Shown here in pieces: positions 40,687-51,203 of a stretch of DNA of 64,000 bases. The stretch comes from Terriglobia bacterium. Lineage in GTDB: Bacteria > Acidobacteriota > Terriglobia > JAJPHL01 > JAPKYU01. A program made the translations under genes and the position numbers. The notes under the pieces were generated by a model, which did no database searches, had not been told where the DNA came from, and saw nothing but the letters and a program-made list of their open reading frames with translations. The stretch spans positions 1,248,001 through 1,312,000 of the forward strand of contig CBDCVK010000010.1 of assembly GCA_965223005.1 (NCBI GenBank), in the 5' to 3' direction. Within the stretch, counting starts at the first letter, position 1, and the number at the start of each line of letters is the position of its first letter.

Positions 40687-40989
40687 TCAGACCTCAGCCG
40701 GCGGCTCGTCCTGTACCAGCTCACCCGGTGCCGGCGCGGCCGGCTGCTCCTCATACAGGTACTTGATCTTGGACTTGAAGATGAACAGGTTCGGTTCCCC
40801 TTGCCGGGTCACGCGAATGAACCGCCGGTCGTAATACTCAATGAAACCCTTCACCGTCTCGCCTGAGATGAGCTTCACGACTACCGGAGTCTGAGTGTGT
40901 GCCAGGTAGCGAAGATAGGCGGCCTCCCGGTGAGTCTCCGCCGGGGCACGATCGTTCGGCTGGCGCGAGAAATCTTTTCGCATAGTCAC
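40687..40989 (-). CDS. Hfq-like Sm-fold RNA chaperone
   Basis: VVVKLISGETVKGFIEYYD...LFIFKSKIKY. Confidence 0.75.
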   Translation of the reverse strand: MTMRKDFSRQPNDRAPAETHREAAYLRYLAHTQTPVVVKLISGETVKGFIEYYDRRFIRVTRQGEPNLFIFKSKIKYLYEEQPAAPAPGELVQDEPPAEV

Positions 40990-41366
40990 TTCGGCAGCCC
41001 GGCCGGCATCTGGGGCTCCCCAGCCGCCACTGCCGAGGCACTGCCGATGGGCACACGCTGGCCGATCAGCACTGCATAGTTGCGCAGAAAATGGCCACGC
41101 AGGTGCGCCGGCACCAGAGGCACCTTGCGCATAGCGTCCATCTCCCAGCGTTCCACGACGATGGGCGGCGAGCGGCGCTTCTTCACTAGCAGAGTGACCA
41201 CCCGGCGCCCGCCCGACTGCTTTTCAATTTCGACTTCCACCTCACGGTTCAGAGTACCGCAGACGGCGCGTCGAACGGCTTCCAGGTCCGATACGCTCCG
41301 CCGACGACTCGCGCGCCTGGGCGCCTGAGTAATCCAGTGGCGTGTGCGATTGGCCTTCTTCTTCAT
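40986..41366 (-). CDS. Hypothetical basic protein
   Basis: 126-aa ORF whose stop overlaps the hfq-like start. Confidence 0.55.
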   Translation of the reverse strand: MKKKANRTRHWITQAPRRASRRRSVSDLEAVRRAVCGTLNREVEVEIEKQSGGRRVVTLLVKKRRSPPIVVERWEMDAMRKVPLVPAHLRGHFLRNYAVLIGQRVPIGSASAVAAGEPQMPAGLPK

Positions 41367-41408
41367 TCTGGCTCATCCTGGCCCATCCTAGCCCATTCTG
41401 CCCCATCC

Positions 41409-42323
41409 TCAGTCGTCACGTAAATAATACCCTTTGCGCGCCTGCACGGTAAAGGAAGGATCTTTGGCCCGCACTTCCAGGCGCCGGTAGGTGCCGGCCT
41501 CCAATTGCGGTGAAGCGTAGTAGCCCAGCAGGTAGTGCGTGCGCAACTCCTCGCCGATGGCGGCAAACACGGGGTCCAGATGGGCCAGTGAATCGGGAGT
41601 GAAGGCTCGCCCGCCTGTGCCCTCGGAAAACAACTGGAGAGAGTGCTCGCCACCGATGTTCCGCCCGGCCTCGCCGCGGACGGGCACGATCACCACGCTG
41701 TAGATGACAGCATCGGCCTGCTGAGCCGCGCGCAGCGCAGGGTGAAAGGTGCTGTCGCTGGTCGTGTCCCCACCGTCGGTAATCAGGATCATCACCTTGC
41801 GGCCCCGTTGCGTTCGCAATTCGTCGGAAGCCAGGTAGATGGCGTCGAACAGCGAAGTGCCCCCGTGGGGGCGCACCTTACGCACGGCCTTCTCCAGCCG
41901 CGTGGCGCTGGCCGTGAAAGGGGCGATCTGGGTGACGCTCTCGGTGAAGGTAAACAGCGCGATCCGGTCTTGCGGCCGCAGGATGGAGCGGATAAAACGG
42001 ATCGCCGATTCCTTCTCGAACTTCAAGTCTTTGGCGGTGGAAAGGCTGGCATCGAGCATCAGCGCGATGGAAAGCGGCAGGTCCGCTTCGCGGCTGAACA
42101 CCCGAACCTGCTGCAACTCGCCCTCCTCGTAAACTTCAAAGTCTTCCTTGCCCAAGTCCGAGGCCAACCGCCCGCTTCGGTCGCGCACCGTGGCCAGGAT
42201 GTTGACCAACCGGACGGCAACTTTGACGGAGGTGGTTTGGGACGCAGCGGGCGGCTGGCAGTAGGCAGTCGGCAGCAGGCAGCAGGCGGACACCAGCCAC
42301 AGAGTGCGCCGGCCAATGTGCAT
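41409..42323 (-). CDS. Acidobacterial VWA domain protein
   Basis: DASLS MIDAS-like motif, TSLFDA, ITDGGD, TGG, YLLGY. Confidence 0.88.
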   Translation of the reverse strand: MHIGRRTLWLVSACCLLPTAYCQPPAASQTTSVKVAVRLVNILATVRDRSGRLASDLGKEDFEVYEEGELQQVRVFSREADLPLSIALMLDASLSTAKDLKFEKESAIRFIRSILRPQDRIALFTFTESVTQIAPFTASATRLEKAVRKVRPHGGTSLFDAIYLASDELRTQRGRKVMILITDGGDTTSDSTFHPALRAAQQADAVIYSVVIVPVRGEAGRNIGGEHSLQLFSEGTGGRAFTPDSLAHLDPVFAAIGEELRTHYLLGYYASPQLEAGTYRRLEVRAKDPSFTVQARKGYYLRDD

Positions 42324-42375
42324 GTTCACTAGGAAGACGCGGCTCCTGCTCAACAGGTTCCGCCTAGCCCCAGAT

Positions 42376-43197
42376 TCACCCGGACTGCGCACGTTCGACT
42401 GTAGAGCTCGAATCTTCGACCGTGGCCTTCCGAGTTGGGGCTTCGGAGCTTCGACCTGGAACCTGCGCTAAAAACGCCTTGTCCCATTCCCCGTCCGCCC
42501 ATATGGCGCCGTCGGCGAAGTACTCCTTCTTCCAGATGGGCACCGTTTTCTTCAGTCGGTCGATGGTGTACCGGCAGGCTTCAAAGGCCGGATGGCGGTG
42601 GGGCGAGGTCACCACGATTGCCACGCTGGTCTCGCCGATTTCCAGGCGACCCAGGCGATGCAGGATGCCGATGCGGTCAATCGGCCACCGCCGGCGGGCC
42701 TCGTGGGCCAGCGCACGCATCTGCTCTAGCGCCATCGGTTCGTACGCCTCGTATTCCAGGAAGAGGGTAGACTTGCCGCCGGAGTGGTTCCGGACCACGC
42801 CTTCAAAGACTACCACCGCTCCGTCTTCGGCCCGCTGGAGGCGAGTCACCAGGGCTCGGGTATCAATCGGCTCGCGGACAATCGCTACTAATTCTACATT
42901 TGGCTCCGCACCTGGCTCCGCAGTTGGTTCTGCCTCCGGCTTTGCCGGCTGGCTACCGCCGGAAACAGGGGGAAGGAAGGCGACCTCGTCGCCGTCGGCC
43001 AGCATCGCTGAAGAATCGCCGAATTCGTGGTTGCGGGCCAGCACCACCGCGTGGCGCATCGCTCCCAGGCGCGGAAATCGTCCAGCGTAACTTTCAAACA
43101 GGCCCTGCAGATCGCTGCCTTCTAAAACTTGAACTTCTTCTTCAGATTTTCCCGTGATGTCCTTGATTTGACCAAAGAACAGGACGCGCACTCGCAT
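42376..43197 (-). CDS. MoaD-MoaE fusion (molybdopterin synthase)
   Basis: MoaD PPVSGG, linker, then MoaE GVVRN, LEYEAY, HRLG, PIWKKE. Confidence 0.9.
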   Translation of the reverse strand: MRVRVLFFGQIKDITGKSEEEVQVLEGSDLQGLFESYAGRFPRLGAMRHAVVLARNHEFGDSSAMLADGDEVAFLPPVSGGSQPAKPEAEPTAEPGAEPNVELVAIVREPIDTRALVTRLQRAEDGAVVVFEGVVRNHSGGKSTLFLEYEAYEPMALEQMRALAHEARRRWPIDRIGILHRLGRLEIGETSVAIVVTSPHRHPAFEACRYTIDRLKKTVPIWKKEYFADGAIWADGEWDKAFLAQVPGRSSEAPTRKATVEDSSSTVERAQSG

Positions 43198-43211
43198 CCG
43201 ACCTCCCAGCC

Positions 43212-43445
43212 CTAGCCTTTGCTCACTTCCCGGCCCGGCCGCTCCGAGAGCTTCATCCACTCCAGGCAGTCATGTCCCAGCACCTGCACACCGCTGAGGA
43301 ACTCAACCTGCGCATTGCGGAAGTGCTTCCAGGCCAGAGACTGGCAACATCGCGAAGGCAAGACCTGCGCCAGGTCAGGAAACAGGGGCCGGGCGGGTCG
43401 CCCTCGACGCACGTTGCGCGGCTTTTTTCTTCCCGGGTTGGCCAT
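43212..43445 (-). CDS. Small hypothetical protein
   Basis: AAGGAG RBS upstream; HFRNAQVEFL. Confidence 0.5.
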   Translation of the reverse strand: MANPGRKKPRNVRRGRPARPLFPDLAQVLPSRCCQSLAWKHFRNAQVEFLSGVQVLGHDCLEWMKLSERPGREVSKG

Positions 43446-43665
43446 CTTGCTCTCCTTTCCCAAAGTACTCTTAAGCCAAACATACCACAACTGGCCACAA
43501 CTGGGGCTATCGCCAGGACTGAACCCGGACCGGCAGGGATGCGGCAGGGGGCGAGATGGTAGATATACCCATTTTCTAGGGAGGTTATCTGGTGAGATGT
43601 GAGGTGCTTGTTGAGTGGTCCAGGCCAACCATCGGGGCTGGTGGGCATTCACACGGAACGCAGTT

Positions 43666-44463
43666 TTATCTTGGCCTTCCCGTCGGCATTTTCTGCTTCT
43701 TCAGGCCCGTCGGAACAGTGAATAAGCTCGATTCCAGGGTCCTCCGTTCCACCTTAGTGGTTTCCCACTCGGAAACGACCCGCTCCCCCTCGTAGTCCAG
43801 CCTGCGCACCGGGAACCCTTTCATTTGCTCCATTCCCGACAACCCCCAGCCGCTCTGGCGGGTACCCTTGCTCAGTGGTTCGAAGAATTCAGCCATGGCT
43901 CGGAAGGTTTGGAGCTCCGCCTCCTTGAGGAGCCCCGGCCCGCTCGGAGCAACCCAGACCTCGTTGATACGCTCGCCATCGCTCAGCACCTCGTAGCGGG
44001 TGCAGACGTAAGACCCCACTTTTCCTCCCTGGCTCTTGACCCGGACGGTGATGCTGGGGGGCTTAGCCATGCCCATTTTCTGCTTCATCATCTTCTCGAT
44101 CATCTGGCGCTGCTTAGGCGGCATCTGGGCCATCTGCGCTTCCATTTGCTTCATGGCAGAATCCATCTGTTGCTTCATCCGCTGTAGGTCGGCAGCAGTC
44201 ATCTCCATGTAGCTGCCACGGCTATGGTCAATCATCCACATCACCTGCTTGGCCTGGTCGAAGATCATGGCGGTCTTCTTGCCCCCGTGTTCTCTGATGT
44301 CGAAGCGCAACTTTCCCGCGTCTATGTACATGTTCATCTGCTGCCCGGGCTTCTCACTGCCCGGCTTACTCTCTTTCATCTGAAGAGCCACACCTGCCTG
44401 TACTGCCAGGGCAGAACACCCCAGTGCGATCAAAGACGCCAGCGCTTGAAGCATTAATCTCAT
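43666..44463 (-). CDS. DUF4412 domain secreted protein
   Basis: Signal peptide, Met/Gln-rich helix, C..Y, GFP, LFTVP.G. Confidence 0.8.
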   Translation of the reverse strand: MRLMLQALASLIALGCSALAVQAGVALQMKESKPGSEKPGQQMNMYIDAGKLRFDIREHGGKKTAMIFDQAKQVMWMIDHSRGSYMEMTAADLQRMKQQMDSAMKQMEAQMAQMPPKQRQMIEKMMKQKMGMAKPPSITVRVKSQGGKVGSYVCTRYEVLSDGERINEVWVAPSGPGLLKEAELQTFRAMAEFFEPLSKGTRQSGWGLSGMEQMKGFPVRRLDYEGERVVSEWETTKVERRTLESSLFTVPTGLKKQKMPTGRPR

Positions 44464-44554
44464 TGCCCAGTCTCCTTTCCAGGTCCGCAGGACTGAGGAA
44501 ATCGTATGCGCAACACCGGCTGCGGTCAATCGGAAGCTGGAGCTCGCGGACGCG

Positions 44555-45394
44555 CTACCGGGCGAGCACCAGGCAGAGGACTCCCAGGAAAATCACGGCG
44601 GCGGCCAGCAGGCGGCGCGCCCCGAATCCCTCGCGCAGCACTAGCCAGCCCAGCAAAGCGGCAAGAATGATGCTCGACTCCCGCGCCGCACCCACGTAGC
44701 TGACTGGTGCCAACCGCATCGCCGCCAGCACCGCAGCGAAGCCAGCCGAGCTCAACAGGGCGACCACCAGGACCCGCAACCGCTGCCGGCGGAACTCTCC
44801 CACCAAGTCGACACGTCGGACCCCGACAACGTAGGGCCACAACAGCAGCGCCGTGCCGCCGAAAATCAGGCAGACCATCGCCAGTGGCGAGAAGTAGTGT
44901 ACAGCAGCCTTATTCGCCAGTGAAAAAGACGCGACCCAGGCGCCGCAGGCCAGTGGCAGACCCAGCCGTCTCATGTGGGCGCGCAGCAGGTTTGCCCTCT
45001 GCAGGGAAAGAACCCCCAACGAGATCAGCAGGATTCCTGCCACCCCCGCCGGGGAAACTCTCTCCCCCAACAGAACGGCGGCTCCCAGGGCGATGAAGAC
45101 CGGGGCTGAGCCGCGGGCCACCGGGTAGACCACCGTGTAATCCAGACGCTGGTAGGAAGCCGAGAGCGTCAACATGTAAAGCCCTTCCGCCACGATGCTG
45201 GCGGCCAGCAGGGCCACCGAAACAGGAGTAAAACGTACGGGCAGGAAGAACAGCGCTGGCAGCGTCAGCAGGAACCCGCCCGCCAGCATCCACCAGACGA
45301 AGGCATACTTGTCCCTGCTGCTCTTCATCACCAGGTTCCAGGAAGCATGGTTGACAGCAGAAAGCAGCACGAGAAGCAGGGCGGTGAGGCTCAT
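44555..45394 (-). CDS. EamA/DMT family transporter
   Basis: HASWN, YPVARG, LGE, RESS, about 10 TM segments. Confidence 0.88.
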   Translation of the reverse strand: MSLTALLLVLLSAVNHASWNLVMKSSRDKYAFVWWMLAGGFLLTLPALFFLPVRFTPVSVALLAASIVAEGLYMLTLSASYQRLDYTVVYPVARGSAPVFIALGAAVLLGERVSPAGVAGILLISLGVLSLQRANLLRAHMRRLGLPLACGAWVASFSLANKAAVHYFSPLAMVCLIFGGTALLLWPYVVGVRRVDLVGEFRRQRLRVLVVALLSSAGFAAVLAAMRLAPVSYVGAARESSIILAALLGWLVLREGFGARRLLAAAVIFLGVLCLVLAR

Positions 45395-45608
45395 GGTTTC
45401 ATGCGACTTACGGAGTCCGGAGTACCAATTCCTGCACTGCGGACCTCCATCCTGCTCGTCCGGCAGGGCCATGCTACACTGATGTTGTTGGAAACCGAAC
45501 AGGTCTGCGCCAGGCACAAAACGCCCTGTGGGACGAGGGCTTGCCGCATCACATAGGCGAAGCGACGCCTGGTCTGCAGGTGACTGAAACCACACTGGGA
45601 TTTTCGCG

Positions 45609-48071
45609 ATGGCGGCCAAGCTCACGATTCCCCAGATCCGGGCGGTTGTGCTGAGTCTGCTGGTGGGGACGGCCCTAGTTACTGGCGGCGTGTACCTGCA
45701 CCGCACCCGTGGGAGCGCGGCCAGCCAACCCCTGCCTCTGCCGCGCGTCCCTCCCAACGTTACTCAGAGCGCCGGCTTTCGTCTCTCCAAATCGGAGGGA
45801 GGCCGCACCGTGTTCACCGTTGAGGCATTGCGCGCCCGCGAGCAACGGGACACGGGCAAGAGCCTGCTGGAGGATGTGGAAATTATCACCTTCGGCGCTC
45901 AGGGAGATCGCCGCGACCGCATCTTCAGCAAGCTTTGTGAGTACGATGCCAAAACAGGGCGGGTGTACAGCGAGGGAGAGGTGGAGATCGAGTTAGCCAG
46001 CCTGCCAGGGGAGCTTCTCGCAGCCACCGGCAAGTCGGGGGAATCTCCCGCACGCTCGGTAGCCGGCGAGCCGGTGGCCCGCATTCAGGCCAGGACTTCG
46101 GGGCTGACGTTTAACGAGAAGACCGGAGTTGCTTCCACAGAGCGCCTAGTCCAGTTTCGCTTTCTTCGCGGGACGGGCCAGGCCAAGGGGGCCGTCTATG
46201 ACTCCCACCAACGCACGCTGCGGCTGACCTCCGCCGTGAGGATTTTGGTGCAGAAGCCGGACACGCCTCAGCCTACCGAAGACAAGCCATCCCAAATCGA
46301 AATCCTGGCGAAGGAGTTGGTTCACCTTCAGCGCCAGAGCCAAGTGCTGCTGCGGCAGCCACGAATACGCCAGACACTGGCCGGAGGTGGAAGTCGGGAG
46401 CTGCTGGGTGAAGAGGCGCTGCTGAGGCTCGATGAGCAGAATCGCTTGCAGGCGGCTGAGGTCGCCGGCCAGGTGCAGATCGATGAATCAGTGCCTGGCG
46501 CCACCCCAGCCGGGGGGCGGCAATCCCGCTTAACGGCCAAGCGCCTGGACCTGCTTTTCAACGAACGGCATCTCTTGGATCAGGTCCACGCCAACGAAGC
46601 AGTGCGGCTGGAGGTGGTGACTCCCCGTAACCGAGCCGAGTTTCAGGCGGCTCGCCTGGAGCTGTTTTTCGCCGGTCCGCAAAACACACTGTCGCAGGTG
46701 GACTGGAAAGGCGGGGTCAGAATCGTACTTATGCCCACCGCGGCGGGGGCTCCCGTCCGCGTGCTCACCAGCGAAGAGGTGGAAATGATCTTGAAGCCGG
46801 GCCGTCAAGAACTGGACGTGGCCCGTACGCTGGCTCCAGGCCGGCTGGAATTATTGCCGCCCAAGGGGCCCGTCCCAGTTCTGCGCGGCCGGCCGACCTG
46901 GCGTGTTCTGACTGCCGACCGGTTTTGGATGCAGTTTGGGGAGCAGAGCCAGCTGCGTGTGCTGCGCGCCGAGCAGGCGGTGCGGCTGGAATCGGAAGCC
47001 CCTGCCCCGCGGAATCAGACTGCCGGCGGCAGTCCGCGTCTCCCGACGCCCACCCCACGGATCACTACGAGCGACCTGCTGGTGGCCCACTTCTCACAAG
47101 CTTCGCAGCAACTGGAGGTACTGGAGCAGACCGGCAATTTTCTTTACACAGATGGCGAACGGCAGGCTACCGCTGAACGGGCCGTCTACCGACCTGCTGA
47201 GCGAGTGGTCACGCTCACCGGACGCCCAGGCCGCAATCCCGAGGTGTGGGACCGACAAAGCCGCACCTCAGCCCGGCAAATCACCCTGGACGAGGACAGC
47301 AAACAGGGCACCGCCAAGCAGCAGGTACGTTCCACCTACGTGCCGCAACAGAATCCAGGCTCTGCGGGTGCTGGCCCACTTTCCGGCAGCGACCCCGTGC
47401 ATGTGATTGCCGAACGGATGGTCTCCCAGCCCAACCGCGGAGTCATCCGGTACGAGGGAGGGCCGGGCCGGGGGCGCGTTCGTCTCTGGCAGAAAGGGGA
47501 AGTGATCGAGGCCCGCACCCTGGTGCTGGAACGCGAACGCCGGCGACTGACCGCCCAAGAAGAGGTGGTCACGCTGTTTCCGGAAGCCGGGGCCAAATCG
47601 GAGCAGCAGACCCGGAGCCCCATCCGGATCAGCGCCCAGCGGCTGGTGTACACGGATCAGGACCGGCGAGCGCATTACCAGGGCGGGGTGCTTCTTCGGC
47701 GAGGGGATAGCGTCGTGAAGGCGTCCACACTGGAAGCTCACTTGTTGCCGGCGAACCAGGAGCAGGCCGGACACTCACGATTGCAACGCGCCGTGGCGCG
47801 CGGCGGGGTGGAGATCCTGGATTTCTCTGCGGGCCAGCAGAGAAGAGCGGCCGCTGATACGGCCGAATATTTTTCCTCTGAGGAGAAGGTGATCTTGCGC
47901 GGCGGCCAGCCGTATGTCTACGATCCACAAAGGGGTTACACGCGAGGCCCTGAATTGACTTACTATATTCGCGATGATAGAATTTTTGTTGATGGGGACG
48001 GCGAGGCGCGCACAGTAACGGAACACCGCGTGCGCACCCGCCAGCAGAAACCTCCCCCGCAACGGCCATGA
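45609..48071 (+). CDS. Extended LptC/LptA(OstA)-like LPS transport protein
   Basis: N-terminal TM + repeated beta-jellyroll segments; directly upstream of lptB. Confidence 0.8.
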   Translation: MAAKLTIPQIRAVVLSLLVGTALVTGGVYLHRTRGSAASQPLPLPRVPPNVTQSAGFRLSKSEGGRTVFTVEALRAREQRDTGKSLLEDVEIITFGAQGDRRDRIFSKLCEYDAKTGRVYSEGEVEIELASLPGELLAATGKSGESPARSVAGEPVARIQARTSGLTFNEKTGVASTERLVQFRFLRGTGQAKGAVYDSHQRTLRLTSAVRILVQKPDTPQPTEDKPSQIEILAKELVHLQRQSQVLLRQPRIRQTLAGGGSRELLGEEALLRLDEQNRLQAAEVAGQVQIDESVPGATPAGGRQSRLTAKRLDLLFNERHLLDQVHANEAVRLEVVTPRNRAEFQAARLELFFAGPQNTLSQVDWKGGVRIVLMPTAAGAPVRVLTSEEVEMILKPGRQELDVARTLAPGRLELLPPKGPVPVLRGRPTWRVLTADRFWMQFGEQSQLRVLRAEQAVRLESEAPAPRNQTAGGSPRLPTPTPRITTSDLLVAHFSQASQQLEVLEQTGNFLYTDGERQATAERAVYRPAERVVTLTGRPGRNPEVWDRQSRTSARQITLDEDSKQGTAKQQVRSTYVPQQNPGSAGAGPLSGSDPVHVIAERMVSQPNRGVIRYEGGPGRGRVRLWQKGEVIEARTLVLERERRRLTAQEEVVTLFPEAGAKSEQQTRSPIRISAQRLVYTDQDRRAHYQGGVLLRRGDSVVKASTLEAHLLPANQEQAGHSRLQRAVARGGVEILDFSAGQQRRAAADTAEYFSSEEKVILRGGQPYVYDPQRGYTRGPELTYYIRDDRIFVDGDGEARTVTEHRVRTRQQKPPPQRP

Positions 48072-48901
48072 GCGCGCTCTGTGCGGAAGAGCTGAAGAAG
48101 TCCTACGGCGGGCGTTGCGTTGTAGATGGCGTTTCCCTCCAGGTCAATCCGGGAGAAGTGGTTGGGCTGCTGGGCCCCAACGGCGCCGGAAAGACAACAA
48201 CGTTTTACATCATCGTCGGACTAGCCAGTCCCGACAGCGGGCGGGTTCTGCTGAGGGGGCAGGAGATTACCCGCTTCCCCATGTACCAGCGCGCCCGTCA
48301 TGGCATCAGTTACCTGCCTCAGGAACCGTCTATCTTCCGCAAGCTCACGGTTCAGGAAAACATTCTGGCCATTCTGGAAACGCTGCCGATTTCCTGGCAC
48401 GAGCGGCGCGAACAGCTGGAGAGCCTGCTGGACCAGTTTGGCCTACAAACGGTGCGCAAGAATCGGGGCGATGCGCTCTCCGGTGGCGAGCGGCGGCGGG
48501 TGGAGATTGCGCGGGCGCTGGTCATTTCACCCAGTTTCATTCTTCTCGACGAGCCCTTTTCCGGCATTGACCCGCTGGCGGTGCTTGAGATCCAGCGGAT
48601 CATTGGCAACCTGAAGCGATCCGGCATTGGCATCCTTGTCACCGACCACAATGTGCGGGAAACGCTCACGGTGACCGATCGTGCCTACATCATCAACAAC
48701 GGGTGCATCTTCCGCAGTGGCACCCCTGAGGCACTGAGCAATGATCCGGAGGTGAAACGGGTCTATCTGGGGGAAGGCTTTTCCTTTGCGGGTCGTTCCG
48801 CTTCTTCGTCGGAGGCCGAGCAGGAAGCAGCCGCGCTGCCCGGCGATGGCAGCCAACCCGCACCAGCGAACTCTGAAGCGACTCCAGCGCGCCGCATCTA
48901 A
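48068..48901 (+). CDS. lptB: LPS export ABC ATPase
   Basis: [39 protein letters not shown]. Confidence 0.95.
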   Translation: MSALCAEELKKSYGGRCVVDGVSLQVNPGEVVGLLGPNGAGKTTTFYIIVGLASPDSGRVLLRGQEITRFPMYQRARHGISYLPQEPSIFRKLTVQENILAILETLPISWHERREQLESLLDQFGLQTVRKNRGDALSGGERRRVEIARALVISPSFILLDEPFSGIDPLAVLEIQRIIGNLKRSGIGILVTDHNVRETLTVTDRAYIINNGCIFRSGTPEALSNDPEVKRVYLGEGFSFAGRSASSSEAEQEAAALPGDGSQPAPANSEATPARRI

Positions 48902-48910
48902 GGGGCCCCC

Positions 48911-50380
48911 ATGTCGCTGTTCCATCCCAGAATCAGCCTGAGAGTCACCCAGAAGCAGATTCTGACCCCTGGCCTGGTCCAGATGGTCAGCGTTCTGGCT
49001 TTGAACAAGCTGGAACTGAAAGACCTGATCACCCAGGAGATGGTGGAGAACCCCGTTCTGGAGGAACTGAGCGAAGCGGAACTGGGCGATTCGGAGCAGG
49101 AAAGTCCTTCTTCGGTGGAAGAGTTAGCGGCAGCCGAGGAACGCCGCATGGAGTTGGGTGAGCGGGAGGTTCAGGAGACCAACGGCCACGACCCGTTCGA
49201 CGAGATTGACTTCGGCTCCTTCTTCCAAGACTACCTCGACCCGGGCTACAAAAGCCCTGCCGCCGAAGTCATTGAGAAACCCTCCTTCGAGAACTTCCTG
49301 GCCGCACCCACCACGCTGACTGACCACCTGAGGTGGCAGGTCAGCCTCTCGGCAGCTCCAGAGGCCATCGCGGCGGCCGCCGAGTCTGTTGTTGGGAACC
49401 TGAACGAAGACGGCTTCCTCACTGCCACCCTGGAGGAGATTGCCCAAAGCGGGGGACACTCGTTGGACGAGGTGACGGAAGCTTTGCAGCTGGTGCAGGA
49501 GTGCGACCCGCCCGGCGTGGCGGCCCGCGACCTGCGCGAGTGCCTGCTGATCCAGTTGCGGGGCCTGCGCCTGGAAGGCCGTTTGGCATGGCAGATCGTT
49601 CACGACCAGCTGTCGCTGGTGCAGAACAAGCACTGGAAGGAACTGGCCCGCCTGCTGAACCGGCCGCTGCCGGAAATCGACGCGGCTGTGGCGGTGATCC
49701 GGAAGCTGGATCCGCGGCCCGGCCAGCGCTACAACAAGACCGCGCCGCGGTTAATTGAACCTGACATCTTCTTTGTCAAGGTGGGCGACGACTACCAGGT
49801 CCTGTTCAATGAGGATGGCCTGCCACAGTTGCGGATGAACTCTTCCTACCGCCGGCTGCTGGAGCGCGGCGCGTCCACCAAGGAGACGCGCGACTACGTC
49901 CGGGACCGCTACAACTCGGCCATCCAGTTGATCAAGAACATCGAGCAGCGCAAGCAGACGATCGCCCGTGTCTGCGACTGCATCATTCGCCAGCAGAAAG
50001 ATTTTCTCAGCTACGGCCCCGATCACCTCAAGCCCCTGATGATTAAGGAGGTGGCCGAGGAAGCCGGCGTGCATCCCTCCACGGTCAGCCGGGCCGTGGC
50101 CAATAAGTACGCTCATACCCCGCAGGGAGTCTGCGAGCTGCGTTCCTTCTTCTCCGAGGCGGTCAGCGGGCCATCCGGCAGCGCCACTTCGTTGATGGTC
50201 TTGAAGCGAAGGGTCAAGAAATTGATCGAAGAGGAAAACCCCGCCCACCCGCTGACGGACGAACAAATCACCAAGATTCTACAGTCAGAAGGAATTCTGG
50301 TAACACGGCGCACAGTTGCCAAGTACAGGGAGGACATGAGGATTCTCTCCACCCACCAGCGTCGGGTGAAGCCTTCGTAG
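48911..50380 (+). CDS. rpoN: RNA polymerase sigma-54
   Basis: ENPVLE, HPSTVSRA, RpoN box RRTVAKYRE. Confidence 0.96.
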   Translation: MSLFHPRISLRVTQKQILTPGLVQMVSVLALNKLELKDLITQEMVENPVLEELSEAELGDSEQESPSSVEELAAAEERRMELGEREVQETNGHDPFDEIDFGSFFQDYLDPGYKSPAAEVIEKPSFENFLAAPTTLTDHLRWQVSLSAAPEAIAAAAESVVGNLNEDGFLTATLEEIAQSGGHSLDEVTEALQLVQECDPPGVAARDLRECLLIQLRGLRLEGRLAWQIVHDQLSLVQNKHWKELARLLNRPLPEIDAAVAVIRKLDPRPGQRYNKTAPRLIEPDIFFVKVGDDYQVLFNEDGLPQLRMNSSYRRLLERGASTKETRDYVRDRYNSAIQLIKNIEQRKQTIARVCDCIIRQQKDFLSYGPDHLKPLMIKEVAEEAGVHPSTVSRAVANKYAHTPQGVCELRSFFSEAVSGPSGSATSLMVLKRRVKKLIEEENPAHPLTDEQITKILQSEGILVTRRTVAKYREDMRILSTHQRRVKPS

Positions 50381-50470
50381 GGGCTATTCTGCTGGGGCCG
50401 CCTTGTGCTCCCTTGCCGAACGCCTTTTGCGGCCGATTGCGCTCCAGCAGGCAAGCGACAGGAGGAGGGC

Positions 50471-50842
50471 ATGAAAATCCACTTTACGGGCAGGCAAGTT
50501 GAAATCACTCCCGCGATCCGGTTTCGCGTGGAACAGAAGCTGCGGAAAATCCACAAAATCCTGGGATCCCACCTAGACCTGGAAACTCACGTCATCCTGT
50601 CGCTGGAACACCACCGCTACACCAGTGAAGTGACCCTAAACTTGAAACACCACCCCCTCGTGGGACTCTCATTGAAACACGACTTTCGGGCGTCATTGCG
50701 GGAGGCGCTGGAAAAGTTGGAAAAGTTGGAAAAGCAGGCCGTCAAGTACAAGACCCGCGGGAGGGAGCGCAAGCGGCGGCCCGTAGCCTCCCTGAAAAAA
50801 GCGCTTCGAACCAGCGGCGGCGGCCTGCCCTCCGAATTCTAG
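50471..50842 (+). CDS. hpf: Ribosome hibernation factor HPF/RaiA
   Basis: MKIHFTGRQVEITPAIR...LEKQ; follows rpoN. Confidence 0.88.
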   Translation: MKIHFTGRQVEITPAIRFRVEQKLRKIHKILGSHLDLETHVILSLEHHRYTSEVTLNLKHHPLVGLSLKHDFRASLREALEKLEKLEKQAVKYKTRGRERKRRPVASLKKALRTSGGGLPSEF

Positions 50843-50976
50843 GGCTGCGGGAACGGTTGTAGGTCCCACTAACCAGCAGCCAAATCGGGGTGCCCGCTGC
50901 AGGAAAGGTGTCGTCCGCTCGACCCACTTCTGATCCCGATCGGGGCGCGGCATCCTACGCTGAGCTGTCAAGAGCG

Positions 50977-51123
50977 CTTCTGGCGATCCGGGGTGGAGGC
51001 CACAACGGGGGAGGCCTGGGGGTCTGCGACGACGGACTGGTGGTGGACCTCTCGCGCATGAGGGGCCTGCGGGTCTATCCGAAAGGCCGCACCGTGCGAG
51101 TTGAGGGAGGCGCCGCGCCGTGA
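50977..51123 (+). pseudogene. Fragment of an FAD-binding (PCMH/BBE-type) oxidoreductase
   Basis: LAIRGGGHNGGGLGVCDDGLVVDLSRMRGLRV...VRVEGGA then stop. Confidence 0.75.
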
Positions 51124-51203
51124 AATCCGCGCCAACCCACAGCCGCTTTCCTTCCAGCTGCCGGACTGTGTAATATGGTCGCTGGAGGGTTCCGCACAGC
51201 GAC

